Shown: piece by piece, positions 14,428 through 24,060 of the stretch
Layout: every line of letters starts with the position of its first letter
Numbering within the stretch: the first letter of the stretch is position 1
From: a virus
Taxonomy: Duplodnaviria > Caudoviricetes
Direction: 5' to 3' (one strand)
DNA length: 26,237 bases
IMG/VR virus record: IMGVR_UViG_3300031953_000088
Location: 1-26,237 of that record
Program-made: the position numbers and the translations under genes
Notes under the pieces: generated by a model
Told to the model about the DNA's origin: nothing
The model's database searches: none
Seen by the model: only the letters and a program-made list of their open reading frames with translations

Positions 14428-15474
14428 ATGCCGAATAACCAAGCCTACGATCCACGAGTTACACTTGCCGCTGATAGGGCTGCTCAGGCTGTTGGGCTGA
14501 GGGTGGCGAAGGTTGCTTCTGGTGGGGGAGCTTCAAGTTACACAATCACAGGCTCTGGTTTCGGCACGAAGCAGCCCTACACTCCAAGCTTCGACGATTT
14601 CGACAATGAACCGCTTGGGGCGATAGCGAACAAAACAGTCGGATCATTAGTTGCTGCATTCACATCAGGGATAACTCTCGAAGACACCGCTAGGGACGGA
14701 GGAAGGTGCCTCGTTAATGACTACGCTATAACCGGCTTCCCCAAGCTGCATAAAGTACTTTCTACCACCGGGAAAATTGGGTACATAGGCTGCTGGATTA
14801 AGAGGACTATTTACGGAACTATAACCGGCAACACACCTGTCTGGAAGTTTTCAAGGGTAGGGTCAGGCACTGTTTATAGTGGAGTACCAAAAGTACTAGA
14901 TACATCTGTTGGGTCTGGCAGCCCGCTCACCCGGGCGGCAGAGTTGTTTGATAGCGATGGAGTAGGAATTGGCAATGCTGGCGTTTATTCTGTAATTGAC
15001 TATGGGATTGTCTATCCGCCAGACACTTGGATTTTCTACGAACTTGAATATGACTACGGAACTCCGGGTAACGCTGACTGCTTCTTCGAGTTTAGGGCTA
15101 ATGGCTCAATCGTTACTGCCTTCTACGGCATTGACGGTTTTATATTCCTGAAGGCTGGCAGTACCGCAGTTCCTGAGTGGCTTTTAACTCCTATAAACGG
15201 GATGGGCGAGTACCATCCAATAAAGGTTTGGCTAGACGACGTATATATTGACGAGAGTCGCGCCCGCGCAGTTCTCACTGATGCCGCTTTATATGTCAAT
15301 TCCACCAAATGGGCGGTTCAGCCTATTGAATCCTTCAGTGACACATCAGTGACGGTGACAGGGAAGCGCCAAGATTTCACGGCTGGAACATCTGCTTATC
15401 TGCATCTGTTTGATGATGCTGGCGTTTTAGTCTCAGAAGGCAACGCAGTCACAGTTCAAGGGGATGCAGTATGA
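14428..15474 (+). CDS. Putative virion-associated beta-sandwich (ConA/lectin or polysaccharide-lyase-like) protein
   Basis: YTITGSGFGTK...FDDFD, DTWIFYELEY, VWLDDVYID and QPIESFSDTSVTV. Codon usage is visibly more AT-rich than in the core genes. Confidence 0.6.
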   Translation: MPNNQAYDPRVTLAADRAAQAVGLRVAKVASGGGASSYTITGSGFGTKQPYTPSFDDFDNEPLGAIANKTVGSLVAAFTSGITLEDTARDGGRCLVNDYAITGFPKLHKVLSTTGKIGYIGCWIKRTIYGTITGNTPVWKFSRVGSGTVYSGVPKVLDTSVGSGSPLTRAAELFDSDGVGIGNAGVYSVIDYGIVYPPDTWIFYELEYDYGTPGNADCFFEFRANGSIVTAFYGIDGFIFLKAGSTAVPEWLLTPINGMGEYHPIKVWLDDVYIDESRARAVLTDAALYVNSTKWAVQPIESFSDTSVTVTGKRQDFTAGTSAYLHLFDDAGVLVSEGNAVTVQGDAV

Positions 15475-16544
15475 CAACCGCAACAGGCGATATTGTTTAC
15501 GACTTTTCAGGGATAGCAGATACAAACCCTTATGTGCCTGCCGGCTTTTCTGCCATTTTAGGCACAGGTCAAATTCTCACCGGGGATTTACGGTCAAACA
15601 CTGCCGGAACCGCTTATAGAATACTCTATGACGGAGTTACGGCTAACGCTGACATTACCCGCGCCACTATCGAGGTTGGTTTCGGCAATGCTGCCATGCC
15701 AGATGACACCATAGCTATGCGACTTGTAACCGCTGACCAGCAGAACGGTTACGCATACAGTGTGAGGTCCAATACTAGTTTTTACAGAGTGATCACGGCG
15801 GGGTCTTTTACAGGAACGACCAACCCCGCGACTTCTGGCTTCGTTACCGGCGATACATTTTCACTCGAGTACCAGAAAACAACAGGGCGCGTCGAGATTT
15901 TCAAAAACGGCGTTAGCCTATTCTCTACTACTGACAACACTCACTCAGGCGAGCTACTAACTTGGCTGGTGGCGATAGAGCCAGGAACCGGATCAACGGC
16001 CGGGGGGGTGCTGAGTATAGCTTCTACAGGGCTTACAGCGGGGGCAGACTACACCCAGCGCAAAGGCTCCACATTCGACGTTGCTCACACCCTCGGCACG
16101 ATCACCACCGCAACGCTCAACGCTGTAAATGTTTTCGACCGCGTCAGTAGTCAAGCCGCAGGGACTGTCAGCTTTACCGGCGCTGTCACAGATGAGATCA
16201 CTACATCTGGCGTAGTCAATCTGGTTTTGGGTGATGGTACGGGCACTGAAACGTATACGGTTCAGGTGAATGTCTACGGTGTAGTGCCCAGCAACAACCC
16301 TGCACAGAGGGACGGGGCAGCTCTGGCAAGCCTTACCGGTGTACAGGTTCGTATCACCAACGGAACATCCCTGAACGGTGTGCAACGGTTCTACTCTGCA
16401 ACAGAAACAACGGACGCAAGCGGAAATTTCTCCACTTACGATGTATCCAGTAGTGTAGCCGCGGCCGCCGATCCTGTGCTGATGACCGTTCTAACATCGG
16501 CCGGTGACAGCATCACGAGCACTGAGACAGTGGAGCTGATCTAA
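15471..16544 (+). CDS. Putative virion structural protein, Thr/Gly-rich all-beta, lectin-like N-domain
   Basis: ATGA overlap upstream and TAATG overlap downstream. Contains GDTFSLEY...VEIFKNGV..F...TDNTH. Confidence 0.6.
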   Translation: MTTATGDIVYDFSGIADTNPYVPAGFSAILGTGQILTGDLRSNTAGTAYRILYDGVTANADITRATIEVGFGNAAMPDDTIAMRLVTADQQNGYAYSVRSNTSFYRVITAGSFTGTTNPATSGFVTGDTFSLEYQKTTGRVEIFKNGVSLFSTTDNTHSGELLTWLVAIEPGTGSTAGGVLSIASTGLTAGADYTQRKGSTFDVAHTLGTITTATLNAVNVFDRVSSQAAGTVSFTGAVTDEITTSGVVNLVLGDGTGTETYTVQVNVYGVVPSNNPAQRDGAALASLTGVQVRITNGTSLNGVQRFYSATETTDASGNFSTYDVSSSVAAAADPVLMTVLTSAGDSITSTETVELI

Positions 16545-19354
16545 TGGCTTACAACTTAGGCTATGTCAGTACCGACTATAACCTTGGCTACACTGGAGCC
16601 TACACAGCCTACCCGTACACGGCTCCGTACGGCCTTGTAGACAGCAACTCCTTGTTTGCAGGCCAATCGTACACGGATGGCAGCTCGTTCCAGATAACAA
16701 CGGGGCCAAGCAACGGAACGCTAGACGCCGCCACCGCCGAAGCAAGCAGCCTATGGGGCAACGATGTCGACGACATCTACACGCCTACCGTAGACTTCAA
16801 AGGCTACGACACTGTAACGCTTACGATTCGGTACGCCGACTCGTCAACAGCACAGTGGACGGCGACGATCAAAGTAGGTGTTCCGGAAGTAGCCAGTGTG
16901 ACGCTGCCAACGGCGGGCAGTTACAAGGCCGGCAACGCCCTCGCCTTCACCGTCACCTTCGACGAGGCTGTGGACGTCACGGGGACCCCCCAACTTGCCT
17001 TGGATGTCGGTGGCACCGTACGGCAGGCCGACTACGCATCCGGTACTGGCACGTCCGCACTTGTGTTCAGTTATACCGTCCAGTCCGGCGATAACGACGC
17101 CACCGGCCTCGACGTAACGGCCCTGGCACTGAACGGCGGCGCGATCCAAGACCAAGAGACTACGCCGAGTGCGGCCATTCTGACGCTGAACAGCGTCGGT
17201 ACGACCGTCGTTAAAGTAGACACGGTTAAGCCGGTCATCACGGTACTGGGCAACAACCCGTTTGCATTGGAAAACGGCACGTCCTACACCGATGCAGGCG
17301 CGACAGCCTCCGATACTCAATCCGGAGCGCTAGGCACGGTCACGGGTACAGGGACTGTTGATTCCAACACCAACGGTACTTACACAATCACGTACTCGGG
17401 TGCGGGGATTGTGGATACGGCAGGGAACGTTGCCGACAACACGACCCGGACCGTCAACGTCGTGAACACCTTATCGCCTACGGTTGTCTCAGTCGCTGTC
17501 CCTGCAAACGGCAGTTACAAGGCCGCTGGCGTTCTTACCTTCACCGTCACCTTCGACGAGGCGGTGAACGTCACCGGCACGCCGCAGATCGCCCTGAGTA
17601 TCGGAGGCACTACCCGCCAAGCAAACTACGTGTCAGGGGCAGGGTCCTCTGCACTTGTGTTCAGTTACACCGTCCAGTCTGGTGACAACGACGCCAATGG
17701 CATCGGAGTGACATCTCTGGGGACCAACGGCGGCACGATAAAGGACTCGGGTGGTGATGCCGCCATCCTGACCTTGAACGCGGTAGGCACCACGGCAAGC
17801 GTTCGGGTGGATACAGTCAAGCCGGCCATCACGGTGACCGGGACCAACCCGTTTACCTTAGAGAAAGGGGCTACGTTCTCGGATCCGGGCGCGACCGCTG
17901 CCGACGACCAGAGCGGCGCACTGGGTAGCGTCACCGGCACACACAGCATCGACACAGGCACTGTGGGGGCGTACACCGTCACCTACCCAGGCACCGGGAT
18001 CGTGGATGCCGCGGGCAACGTGGCCGACGACGCCACACGCACGGTCAATGTCGTGGATACAACCGGCCCCTCGGTGCTGGCCGTCGCGGCGAACGCCGAC
18101 GCAACCTACGCCATCGGGGACACACCGACGTTCACGGTGACGTTCAACGACACGGTCGTTGTCACAGGCACACCGCAGCTTAATATCGACGTAGGCGGGG
18201 TGGCTCGCGCCGCGACGTACCAGTCAGGTACGGGCACGTCGAGCCTTGTATTCCAGTACGTTGTCGTTGAGGGCGACGTGGACACCGACGGCGTAGGCAT
18301 CACCGACCTGACGCTTGCGGGAGGTACGCTCCAAGACACGGCGGGTAACGCCGCAGACCTGACGCTTGTCAACGTCTCGAGCACCACAGGGGTTCTCGTC
18401 GACGGTATCAGGCCGGTTGTCGTCTTGGGCGACCTGGAGACCTCCAGCGCGACACCGGTCGTCTCAGGCAGCTCAGGGGATGCGCTGTCACTAACACTGC
18501 TGGTTACCGGCGTCGGCACATACACACCTTCACCTTTGACAGGCACGTGGAGTCAGCAACTCCCGACCCTGACAGACGGCACGTACGCGATGACGCTGGA
18601 CGGTGCAGACGCGTCCGGGAACACAGCTGTGCAGGCTACGGCTACGCTTACCGTATCCGGGGCGACACCTGTGACCCCACCCACGACCACCGCCGATTGT
18701 GAGACATCGGGTGCAACTGCGTTCAACCTTCAGGTCGACGAGGTGATCGAGGAGGCCTACGAGCGGATCGGCATGGAGGTCGCTTCTGGGTACGACGCAC
18801 GGACCGCACGACGGTCGTTGAACCTGATGATGACTGAGTGGGCGAACCGTCAAATCACACTCTGGACCGTTGAGCGGCGGATCATCCCATGCGTCGTTGG
18901 CCAGGCGGACTATGTGCTGTCCACGGCCGACGTCGACGTCATGGAGGTGGCGGTCCGCGTATCCTCAAGTGATTACGTGATCGGCCGTACCAGCCGGAAC
19001 GAGAGCCTGTACATCCCGAACAAGGCTCAGGGCGGCAGGCCTACCCAGTGGGTGTTCAACCGTACCGTACCGGCAGCCATACAGGTGTGGCCGGTACCTG
19101 ACCGTAATATGAGTCTGGTGGTGGACCTGTTCAAGTTCACCGAGGACGTAACGGCGTCCGCGCAGTGTGTGGCCACACCGAGGCGGTTCCTGCCGGCGAT
19201 GGTCGCAGGGCTGGCGTACCACTTGGCTCTGAAGAAGAGGCCACAACTGGTGGGTCAGATGAGACAGCTGTACGAGGAAGCGCTCATGCACGCCGCCAAC
19301 GCTGACGAAGAGGTACACAGCTTCACCGTTCGGCCTCGTCGCAGTGGACGGTGA
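16544..19354 (+). CDS. Fusion protein: tandem bacterial Ig-like adhesin domains plus C-terminal head-tail adaptor
   Basis: Three FTVTFxxxVxVTGTPQ...LVFxYxV domains alternate with two DUF5011-like domains. The last ~215 aa (TSGATAFNLQVDEVIEEAYERIG...SGYDARTARRSLNLM...WANR) match the usual stand-alone adaptor of this phage group. Confidence 0.85.
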   Translation: MAYNLGYVSTDYNLGYTGAYTAYPYTAPYGLVDSNSLFAGQSYTDGSSFQITTGPSNGTLDAATAEASSLWGNDVDDIYTPTVDFKGYDTVTLTIRYADSSTAQWTATIKVGVPEVASVTLPTAGSYKAGNALAFTVTFDEAVDVTGTPQLALDVGGTVRQADYASGTGTSALVFSYTVQSGDNDATGLDVTALALNGGAIQDQETTPSAAILTLNSVGTTVVKVDTVKPVITVLGNNPFALENGTSYTDAGATASDTQSGALGTVTGTGTVDSNTNGTYTITYSGAGIVDTAGNVADNTTRTVNVVNTLSPTVVSVAVPANGSYKAAGVLTFTVTFDEAVNVTGTPQIALSIGGTTRQANYVSGAGSSALVFSYTVQSGDNDANGIGVTSLGTNGGTIKDSGGDAAILTLNAVGTTASVRVDTVKPAITVTGTNPFTLEKGATFSDPGATAADDQSGALGSVTGTHSIDTGTVGAYTVTYPGTGIVDAAGNVADDATRTVNVVDTTGPSVLAVAANADATYAIGDTPTFTVTFNDTVVVTGTPQLNIDVGGVARAATYQSGTGTSSLVFQYVVVEGDVDTDGVGITDLTLAGGTLQDTAGNAADLTLVNVSSTTGVLVDGIRPVVVLGDLETSSATPVVSGSSGDALSLTLLVTGVGTYTPSPLTGTWSQQLPTLTDGTYAMTLDGADASGNTAVQATATLTVSGATPVTPPTTTADCETSGATAFNLQVDEVIEEAYERIGMEVASGYDARTARRSLNLMMTEWANRQITLWTVERRIIPCVVGQADYVLSTADVDVMEVAVRVSSSDYVIGRTSRNESLYIPNKAQGGRPTQWVFNRTVPAAIQVWPVPDRNMSLVVDLFKFTEDVTASAQCVATPRRFLPAMVAGLAYHLALKKRPQLVGQMRQLYEEALMHAANADEEVHSFTVRPRRSGR
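16883..18400 (+). repeat. Intragenic A-B-A-B-A domain repeat, first period 594 nt (198 aa)
   Basis: GCAGTTACAAGGCCG occurs at 16917 and 17511. CCTTCACCGTCACCTTCGACGAGGC and GCACTTGTGTTCAGTTA repeat at the same offset. Confidence 0.9.
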
Positions 19355-19373
19355 CGGCTGCAATTCGTATAGT
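19344..19373 (+). promoter_or_regulatory. Putative promoter
   Basis: TGGACG (19345-50), 17 nt, TATAGT (19368-73). The same GTGGACGGT occurs at 24802. Confidence 0.45.
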
Positions 19374-19446
19374 GGTTACACAACCACCGCAGACCGGGGC
19401 AGTACGCCCGGCCTTCCGGTGACGGGTTTATCTGACGGAGAACATC

Positions 19447-19776
19447 ATGGGTGTACCTGTAGAGTTTGACATTACGATCGACCAGGCGGACGCAGAGTCT
19501 GTCTGGCTGCCCTTGAACCGCTGGGGGTCGGCCACCATGCGCCTGACGACCACGGTGACCGGCACCCCTACGTACAGCATCGTAGGGACGCAGAAGAACG
19601 TACTGCGCAACGGGGTCACGACTGTTGCGGCGGACGAGACCCCACTGACCAACTTTTCCGCGTTGACAGCCGGCACTAACAGTACCCAAGACGTGGTCTT
19701 CAGAGCGTTGAAGGTGAAGATTGCATCCGGCACTGGCACTGTACGGCTGCGGTTGCAGTCCGAAGGCGTGATCTGA
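19447..19776 (+). CDS. Hypothetical (probably structural) protein
   Basis: GGAG RBS; 109-aa beta-rich ORF within the tail module. Confidence 0.7.
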   Translation: MGVPVEFDITIDQADAESVWLPLNRWGSATMRLTTTVTGTPTYSIVGTQKNVLRNGVTTVAADETPLTNFSALTAGTNSTQDVVFRALKVKIASGTGTVRLRLQSEGVI

Positions 19777-19813
19777 GCGTGACAGCCAAAGCGGGTTTTG
19801 ATGCGAGGCAGCT

Positions 19814-20113
19814 ATGAGGACGCAACATAAATACGGAAAAGCTGAGTGCGATCGCTGCGGCTTCATATACAAGCTGAACGCGCTGAAGACTGAGTGGACC
19901 GGACTCAAGGTTTGCTCTTCGTGCTACGACCCCCTGCCTGCTCAGGATTTCCCCCGTAAGCTACAGGCTGAGTCCGAGGCACTGTGGGACCCTAGGCCTG
20001 AGCACGACCGTGTCGCTGGACTGGGCAACTTCCGAGGGGAGTGGGAGATCATTGGTAGAGAATGGCTGGGCGTTGACCTGGGCATCACTGGCGGCGAGGC
20101 TATGATGGTATGA
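19814..20113 (+). CDS. Conserved CxxC...CxxC (Zn-ribbon-like) phage protein
   Basis: ECDRCGF...EWTGLKVCSSCYDP...ALWDPRPE; GAGG RBS. Confidence 0.8.
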   Translation: MRTQHKYGKAECDRCGFIYKLNALKTEWTGLKVCSSCYDPLPAQDFPRKLQAESEALWDPRPEHDRVAGLGNFRGEWEIIGREWLGVDLGITGGEAMMV

Positions 20114-20727
20114 CTTATAGTGAACTGATCGCACTGGTCGAAGACGAGATCATCGACGTAGACGCCACGTTCTTCACCCACATCGCGTTGCTGATGGAGC
20201 GGGCACACCTGCGAATCCAGCACGACCTTGACCTGAACGCCGCACGTATTGAAGAGACCTTCGCAGTCGCGGAGGCCCTGGTGTTTATGCCGGCCGACCT
20301 GATCTTGGTACGGGGCATCCGGTTGGTCAACGGCGAGTTCTTGCTGGAAAAGGACACGACCTTCGTCAAAGACTACTGGCCAGACGCGTCACAGACCGGC
20401 ACACCCCGGTATTACTGCTGGCAGGACGACCAAAACATTCGACTGGCGCCGACGCCAACCGACTCTGCGATCGAGGTGATGTACACAGTCCGCATCCCTG
20501 TGCTGAGCACCACTCAGACGACCAACTGGCTCTCCGAGTACACACCGGATCTGCTTCAGATAGCGTTGCTGCTTGAGGCGGCGGCCTGGACCAAGGACCC
20601 TGAGATGGTCGGACTCTACAATGAGCGCTACGGCTCGACTCTGAATGGCGTGGCGCTCGAATACAACCTGCGCAAACGGTCGGATGAGTACCGTAAAGGC
20701 GAGCCGGTAGCGAGGGTAGGCAAATGA
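20110..20727 (+). CDS. Head-tail connector / tail tubular protein A-like
   Basis: MTYSELI..., GTPRYY, LAPTP and TNWLSEYTPDLL motifs; ATGA overlap with the upstream gene. Confidence 0.75.
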   Translation: MTYSELIALVEDEIIDVDATFFTHIALLMERAHLRIQHDLDLNAARIEETFAVAEALVFMPADLILVRGIRLVNGEFLLEKDTTFVKDYWPDASQTGTPRYYCWQDDQNIRLAPTPTDSAIEVMYTVRIPVLSTTQTTNWLSEYTPDLLQIALLLEAAAWTKDPEMVGLYNERYGSTLNGVALEYNLRKRSDEYRKGEPVARVGK

Positions 20728-21137
20728 TCGAAAGCGGCGTACCACTATCCGCCCGAAAAGAACTGTTTCAGGGCGTACATGACTTCAACAACGACACGTT
20801 CAAGATTGCGTTGTATGATAACAGCGCAGATCTGACACTAACCGGCACCACGGCGTACACCACCGCAGGGGAGGTGGTCGCAACAGACTACGTGGCCGGA
20901 GGCGTCCTTCTGACCGGAGGTGTGATCGGGGACGATAACAAGGTGGCCACGGTGGACTTCAATAATGTGGTCGTACCAGGTGTTGGGATGACGGTCAGGG
21001 CCGCAATCGTTTACAATAGTTCCAAGAGCAACCGCGCTGTCCGTATCATGGACTTGGGCCTCTCGGAGGGACCGGTGACGAACCCGATACTCACGATGCC
21101 CACGCCGAACGCCGAGACAGCCATCATTAGGATGTAA
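20724..21137 (+). CDS. Conserved virion structural protein
   Basis: KELFQGVHDF...DTFKIALY...TTAYT...EV...YVAGG motif. Confidence 0.75.
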   Translation: MIESGVPLSARKELFQGVHDFNNDTFKIALYDNSADLTLTGTTAYTTAGEVVATDYVAGGVLLTGGVIGDDNKVATVDFNNVVVPGVGMTVRAAIVYNSSKSNRAVRIMDLGLSEGPVTNPILTMPTPNAETAIIRM

Positions 21138-21140
21138 ACC

Positions 21141-22574
21141 ATGCCGTCCACGTACACGAACAGTCTGCGCCTCGAAGAGCAGGGCATTGGCGAAAACAAC
21201 AACTCCTGGGGCGCTAAGCTCAACCAGACAGTCAACTTGATCGACAAGAGCATCGCAGGTCACGTCTCCGTCGCGACGACAGGCGGCGTGACGCAGCTCA
21301 CGACCGGCAACAACAGCGAGGACCAGGCGCGGTACCGGATCATCGAGGTCACTGGCACCCTTGGTAGTAACGCTACTATCGAGGTCCCGGCGAACAGCAA
21401 AGAGTACGTGGTCTGGGACAGTACGACGCGTGGCGGGTTCACGTTGGTGTTCAGGCTCGGCGCCGCGGGGAGTACGGCCCTCGTACCCGCAGTCACCGCG
21501 AGGGCGTTTGGCCTCAGCACCGACGGTACCGGTTGGCGGCCGTTGAGTGGGGATCTGGCGTCTACGACGTCTCCGGGTATTGTGGAGCTGGCCACGGATA
21601 CTGAGGCACAGACCGGCACTGATACGGCACGTGCCCTGACGCCCGCTAACCTACAAGCCGTCACCGCCACGGTGACGCGCAAAGGCGTGATCGAGTTGTC
21701 TACGGACACTGAAGCACAGACCGGCACTGATACGGCACGTGCTTTGACCCCTGCAAACCTTCAGGCTGTGACTGCTACGGCAACCCGCAAAGGGGTTGTC
21801 GAACTCGCCTCTGCGTCCGAGACCCAGATCGGCACGGACACTGCGCGGGCGGTGACGCCCGCAGGACTGACTGCAGTGTTGGCCTCGACGACCAATTCAC
21901 TGGCTCTTAAAGTGTACCGAGCCGCTAACGCTGCGGGCGTTGAGCTTCTGCCTACGGGCAGCGGGTACCAAGTACATCTCTCGGGTGCGCCGAGTGGTTC
22001 GTTTGAATTTTCAGCAGCAAACTTATCAGCGGCTGTGACGGGCGACCCAGACCAAACAACTTATATTGCTCCCGCCTCCGACCCAACCGGCGCGAGTGGT
22101 GCATGGGTGAAGTGCGCCGGGCCGGAGGTGGGCGACCTGAGCCTATTCTCAGGCGGCACGGCAGGCTTGAGCCGGCGATACTTGCAAGGCTGGCGACTGG
22201 CCAACGGAACAGACGGCGCACCGAACTTGCTGGATTCGTTCCCCAAGATGGGTACGCTTGCCCAAAAGAGCGGCGTTGGTGGCGCGAATACTGTGACGCC
22301 AGCGGGCAGTGTAAGTGTCGCAAACCACACGCTCTCAGAAGCGCAAATGCCGAGCCACGACCACCCTGTGCCAATGTATGCAGGTAGCGGTGCATTTGGT
22401 CGCCCATTAAACCAGGGCGGCGCAAGCACTAGCACATCGTCCACAGGCGTAGCCGGGGGCTCGCTCCCTCACAATCACGGCGCCACCTTCTCAGGCTCAA
22501 CCCACACCAACGAGCCGAAATACTTTTACTTCGTCCCCCTCTATTTCACCGGCATCGCTGGCACCTACTCATAG
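21141..22574 (+). CDS. Tail fibre protein
   Basis: MPSTYT...GEN..SWG attachment N-terminus, three GxxELAT...TDTARAxTP repeats, collar-like GWRLANGTDGAPNL, and HTLSEAQMPSHDH...HNH...HTN tip. Confidence 0.85.
   Translation: MPSTYTNSLRLEEQGIGENNNSWGAKLNQTVNLIDKSIAGHVSVATTGGVTQLTTGNNSEDQARYRIIEVTGTLGSNATIEVPANSKEYVVWDSTTRGGFTLVFRLGAAGSTALVPAVTARAFGLSTDGTGWRPLSGDLASTTSPGIVELATDTEAQTGTDTARALTPANLQAVTATVTRKGVIELSTDTEAQTGTDTARALTPANLQAVTATATRKGVVELASASETQIGTDTARAVTPAGLTAVLASTTNSLALKVYRAANAAGVELLPTGSGYQVHLSGAPSGSFEFSAANLSAAVTGDPDQTTYIAPASDPTGASGAWVKCAGPEVGDLSLFSGGTAGLSRRYLQGWRLANGTDGAPNLLDSFPKMGTLAQKSGVGGANTVTPAGSVSVANHTLSEAQMPSHDHPVPMYAGSGAFGRPLNQGGASTSTSSTGVAGGSLPHNHGATFSGSTHTNEPKYFYFVPLYFTGIAGTYS
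21576..21869 (+). repeat. Three 108-nt (36-aa) tail-fibre shaft repeats
   Basis: GCACAGACCGGCACTGATACGGCACGTGC occurs at 21606 and 21714. The third copy is diverged and partial. Confidence 0.9.
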
Positions 22575-22583
22575 GAATCGCAC

Positions 22584-23183
22584 ATGATCGTCACCATGAT
22601 TACCGAAGACAGCGTTATAAACGTGAACGGCGACCCACTGACAATTCCCGTTGCCGCCAACCGGGGTGAATGGGCTGTACAGTTTGACGGCACACAGGCT
22701 GAAGTGGAGTACAGCACCGGCCAGCCCAATGAAACCATCGACGCTGCCGAGTTCTACGCACGGTATCAGCCTGATCTGAACGCCCATGCCGCTGAACGAG
22801 CCGTGATTGACTCAGCAGCTGCACAAGCGGCCATAGTGACGACTGAGCAGCTGATTACACAACTCACGCGGGAAAGGCAGGCTCAAGAGGCGCAGGGCGT
22901 CACACTCAACGGCATTCGCTACGCAGGCGACCCAAGCAACCGGCAAGCGATTTCTGAAAGCATCCAGTTTTTAGAGGATGCGATCGCAACTGAGTTCCCG
23001 ATCTGGAAAGACTCCGATGCCGTGTTCCACGCGAATCATCCATTGAGTGCTGTGGTGAGTGCGTATCGAGCTATCGGTGTGCGTAGGGTGCAGCTTATTA
23101 CCGCTGAAGGTCAGTTTGCAGCGCAGGTGGCGAGCGGCGAGATTACAGACGTGACCGGGCTGACATGGCCTTCGCAAGTCTGA
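22584..23183 (+). CDS. Tail fibre assembly chaperone (DUF4376-like C-terminal domain)
   Basis: Follows the fibre gene. RERQAQEAQGVTLNG...D..NRQAI...WKDSD pattern. Confidence 0.7.
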   Translation: MIVTMITEDSVINVNGDPLTIPVAANRGEWAVQFDGTQAEVEYSTGQPNETIDAAEFYARYQPDLNAHAAERAVIDSAAAQAAIVTTEQLITQLTRERQAQEAQGVTLNGIRYAGDPSNRQAISESIQFLEDAIATEFPIWKDSDAVFHANHPLSAVVSAYRAIGVRRVQLITAEGQFAAQVASGEITDVTGLTWPSQV

Positions 23184-23256
23184 CATCGGGCGAGTAACTC
23201 CCACTTAAAGGCCGCGACCATCGAAGCCTGACATCCACGCGCAGTAGGACAGTAAT

Positions 23257-23637
23257 ATGGAGTCACCACAGCGTCGAAATATAGACCATACATCACTGGC
23301 CTTAGGTGAGATGAGGGAGTTTATGACACATCACCGCCAGCAAATGGACAAGGTCACTGACCGGCTGACGGAGCATTCCGACTGCCTGAAGCACGTGCAG
23401 AACGCGCAGGACAGATCGATGCGGCTTCACGATCAGACGCGGCAAGACGTAGGGGAGATTAAGGAGAGCGTTACGTTGCTGGTCAAGCATCACCAGAAAC
23501 AGACCTTGTCACGCAAGGCTATTCTCAAGGGGTTCGCCGCAGGCGTCGTCGTCATGACTGTCGTTGCGGCGGTCTACTACAAAGACTCCGCGCTGGTCGA
23601 GGTCCTGTACCGGCACACGATCGGACTCATTCTCTGA
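23257..23637 (+). CDS. Coiled-coil protein with one C-terminal TM helix (holin/antiholin candidate)
   Basis: Hydrophobic GFAAGVVVMTVVAAVYY; immediately upstream of the endolysin. Confidence 0.6.
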   Translation: MESPQRRNIDHTSLALGEMREFMTHHRQQMDKVTDRLTEHSDCLKHVQNAQDRSMRLHDQTRQDVGEIKESVTLLVKHHQKQTLSRKAILKGFAAGVVVMTVVAAVYYKDSALVEVLYRHTIGLIL

Positions 23638-23649
23638 GTAGGAGGCCTC

Positions 23650-24060
23650 ATGGCCAAGTACAGCGCTACCAGCAGTCGCCGCTTGGCGTCCTGTCACAAG
23701 GACTTACAGGCAGTCTTTAACGCTGTGATCGACACCTTCGACTGCTCCATTCTATGCGGCCATCGAACGGAAGAGGCACAGATGGAGGCGTACAACGGGG
23801 GTAAGTCCCAACTCAAGTGGCCACAGTCCAAGCACAACAAGACGCCCAGCCTGGCGGTCGATGTGGCACCCTACCCGATTGACTGGAAGGACCTGGACCG
23901 GTTCAACTACTTTGCGGGGTACGTCATGGGCATCGCGGACAGGCTTTACGCCGACGGTACCATCACTCACCGGCTACGTTGGGGCGGCGACTGGTCGCGC
24001 GACACGCAACTTAAAGACAACGGCTTTGATGACAGACCCCACTTTGAGATAGTACCGTGA
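23650..24060 (+). CDS. Endolysin, M15-family L-Ala-D-Glu peptidase
   Basis: GHRT..Q, SKH, AVDVAP, LRWGGDW and DRPHFE zinc-peptidase motifs; GGAGG RBS. Confidence 0.92.
   Translation: MAKYSATSSRRLASCHKDLQAVFNAVIDTFDCSILCGHRTEEAQMEAYNGGKSQLKWPQSKHNKTPSLAVDVAPYPIDWKDLDRFNYFAGYVMGIADRLYADGTITHRLRWGGDWSRDTQLKDNGFDDRPHFEIVP

Noticed and set aside
16883-21869. Repeats as DGR template/variable pairs or invertible segments
   Set aside because: Copies are in-frame domain duplications differing at synonymous and non-adenine positions. No reverse transcriptase or invertase is in the window.
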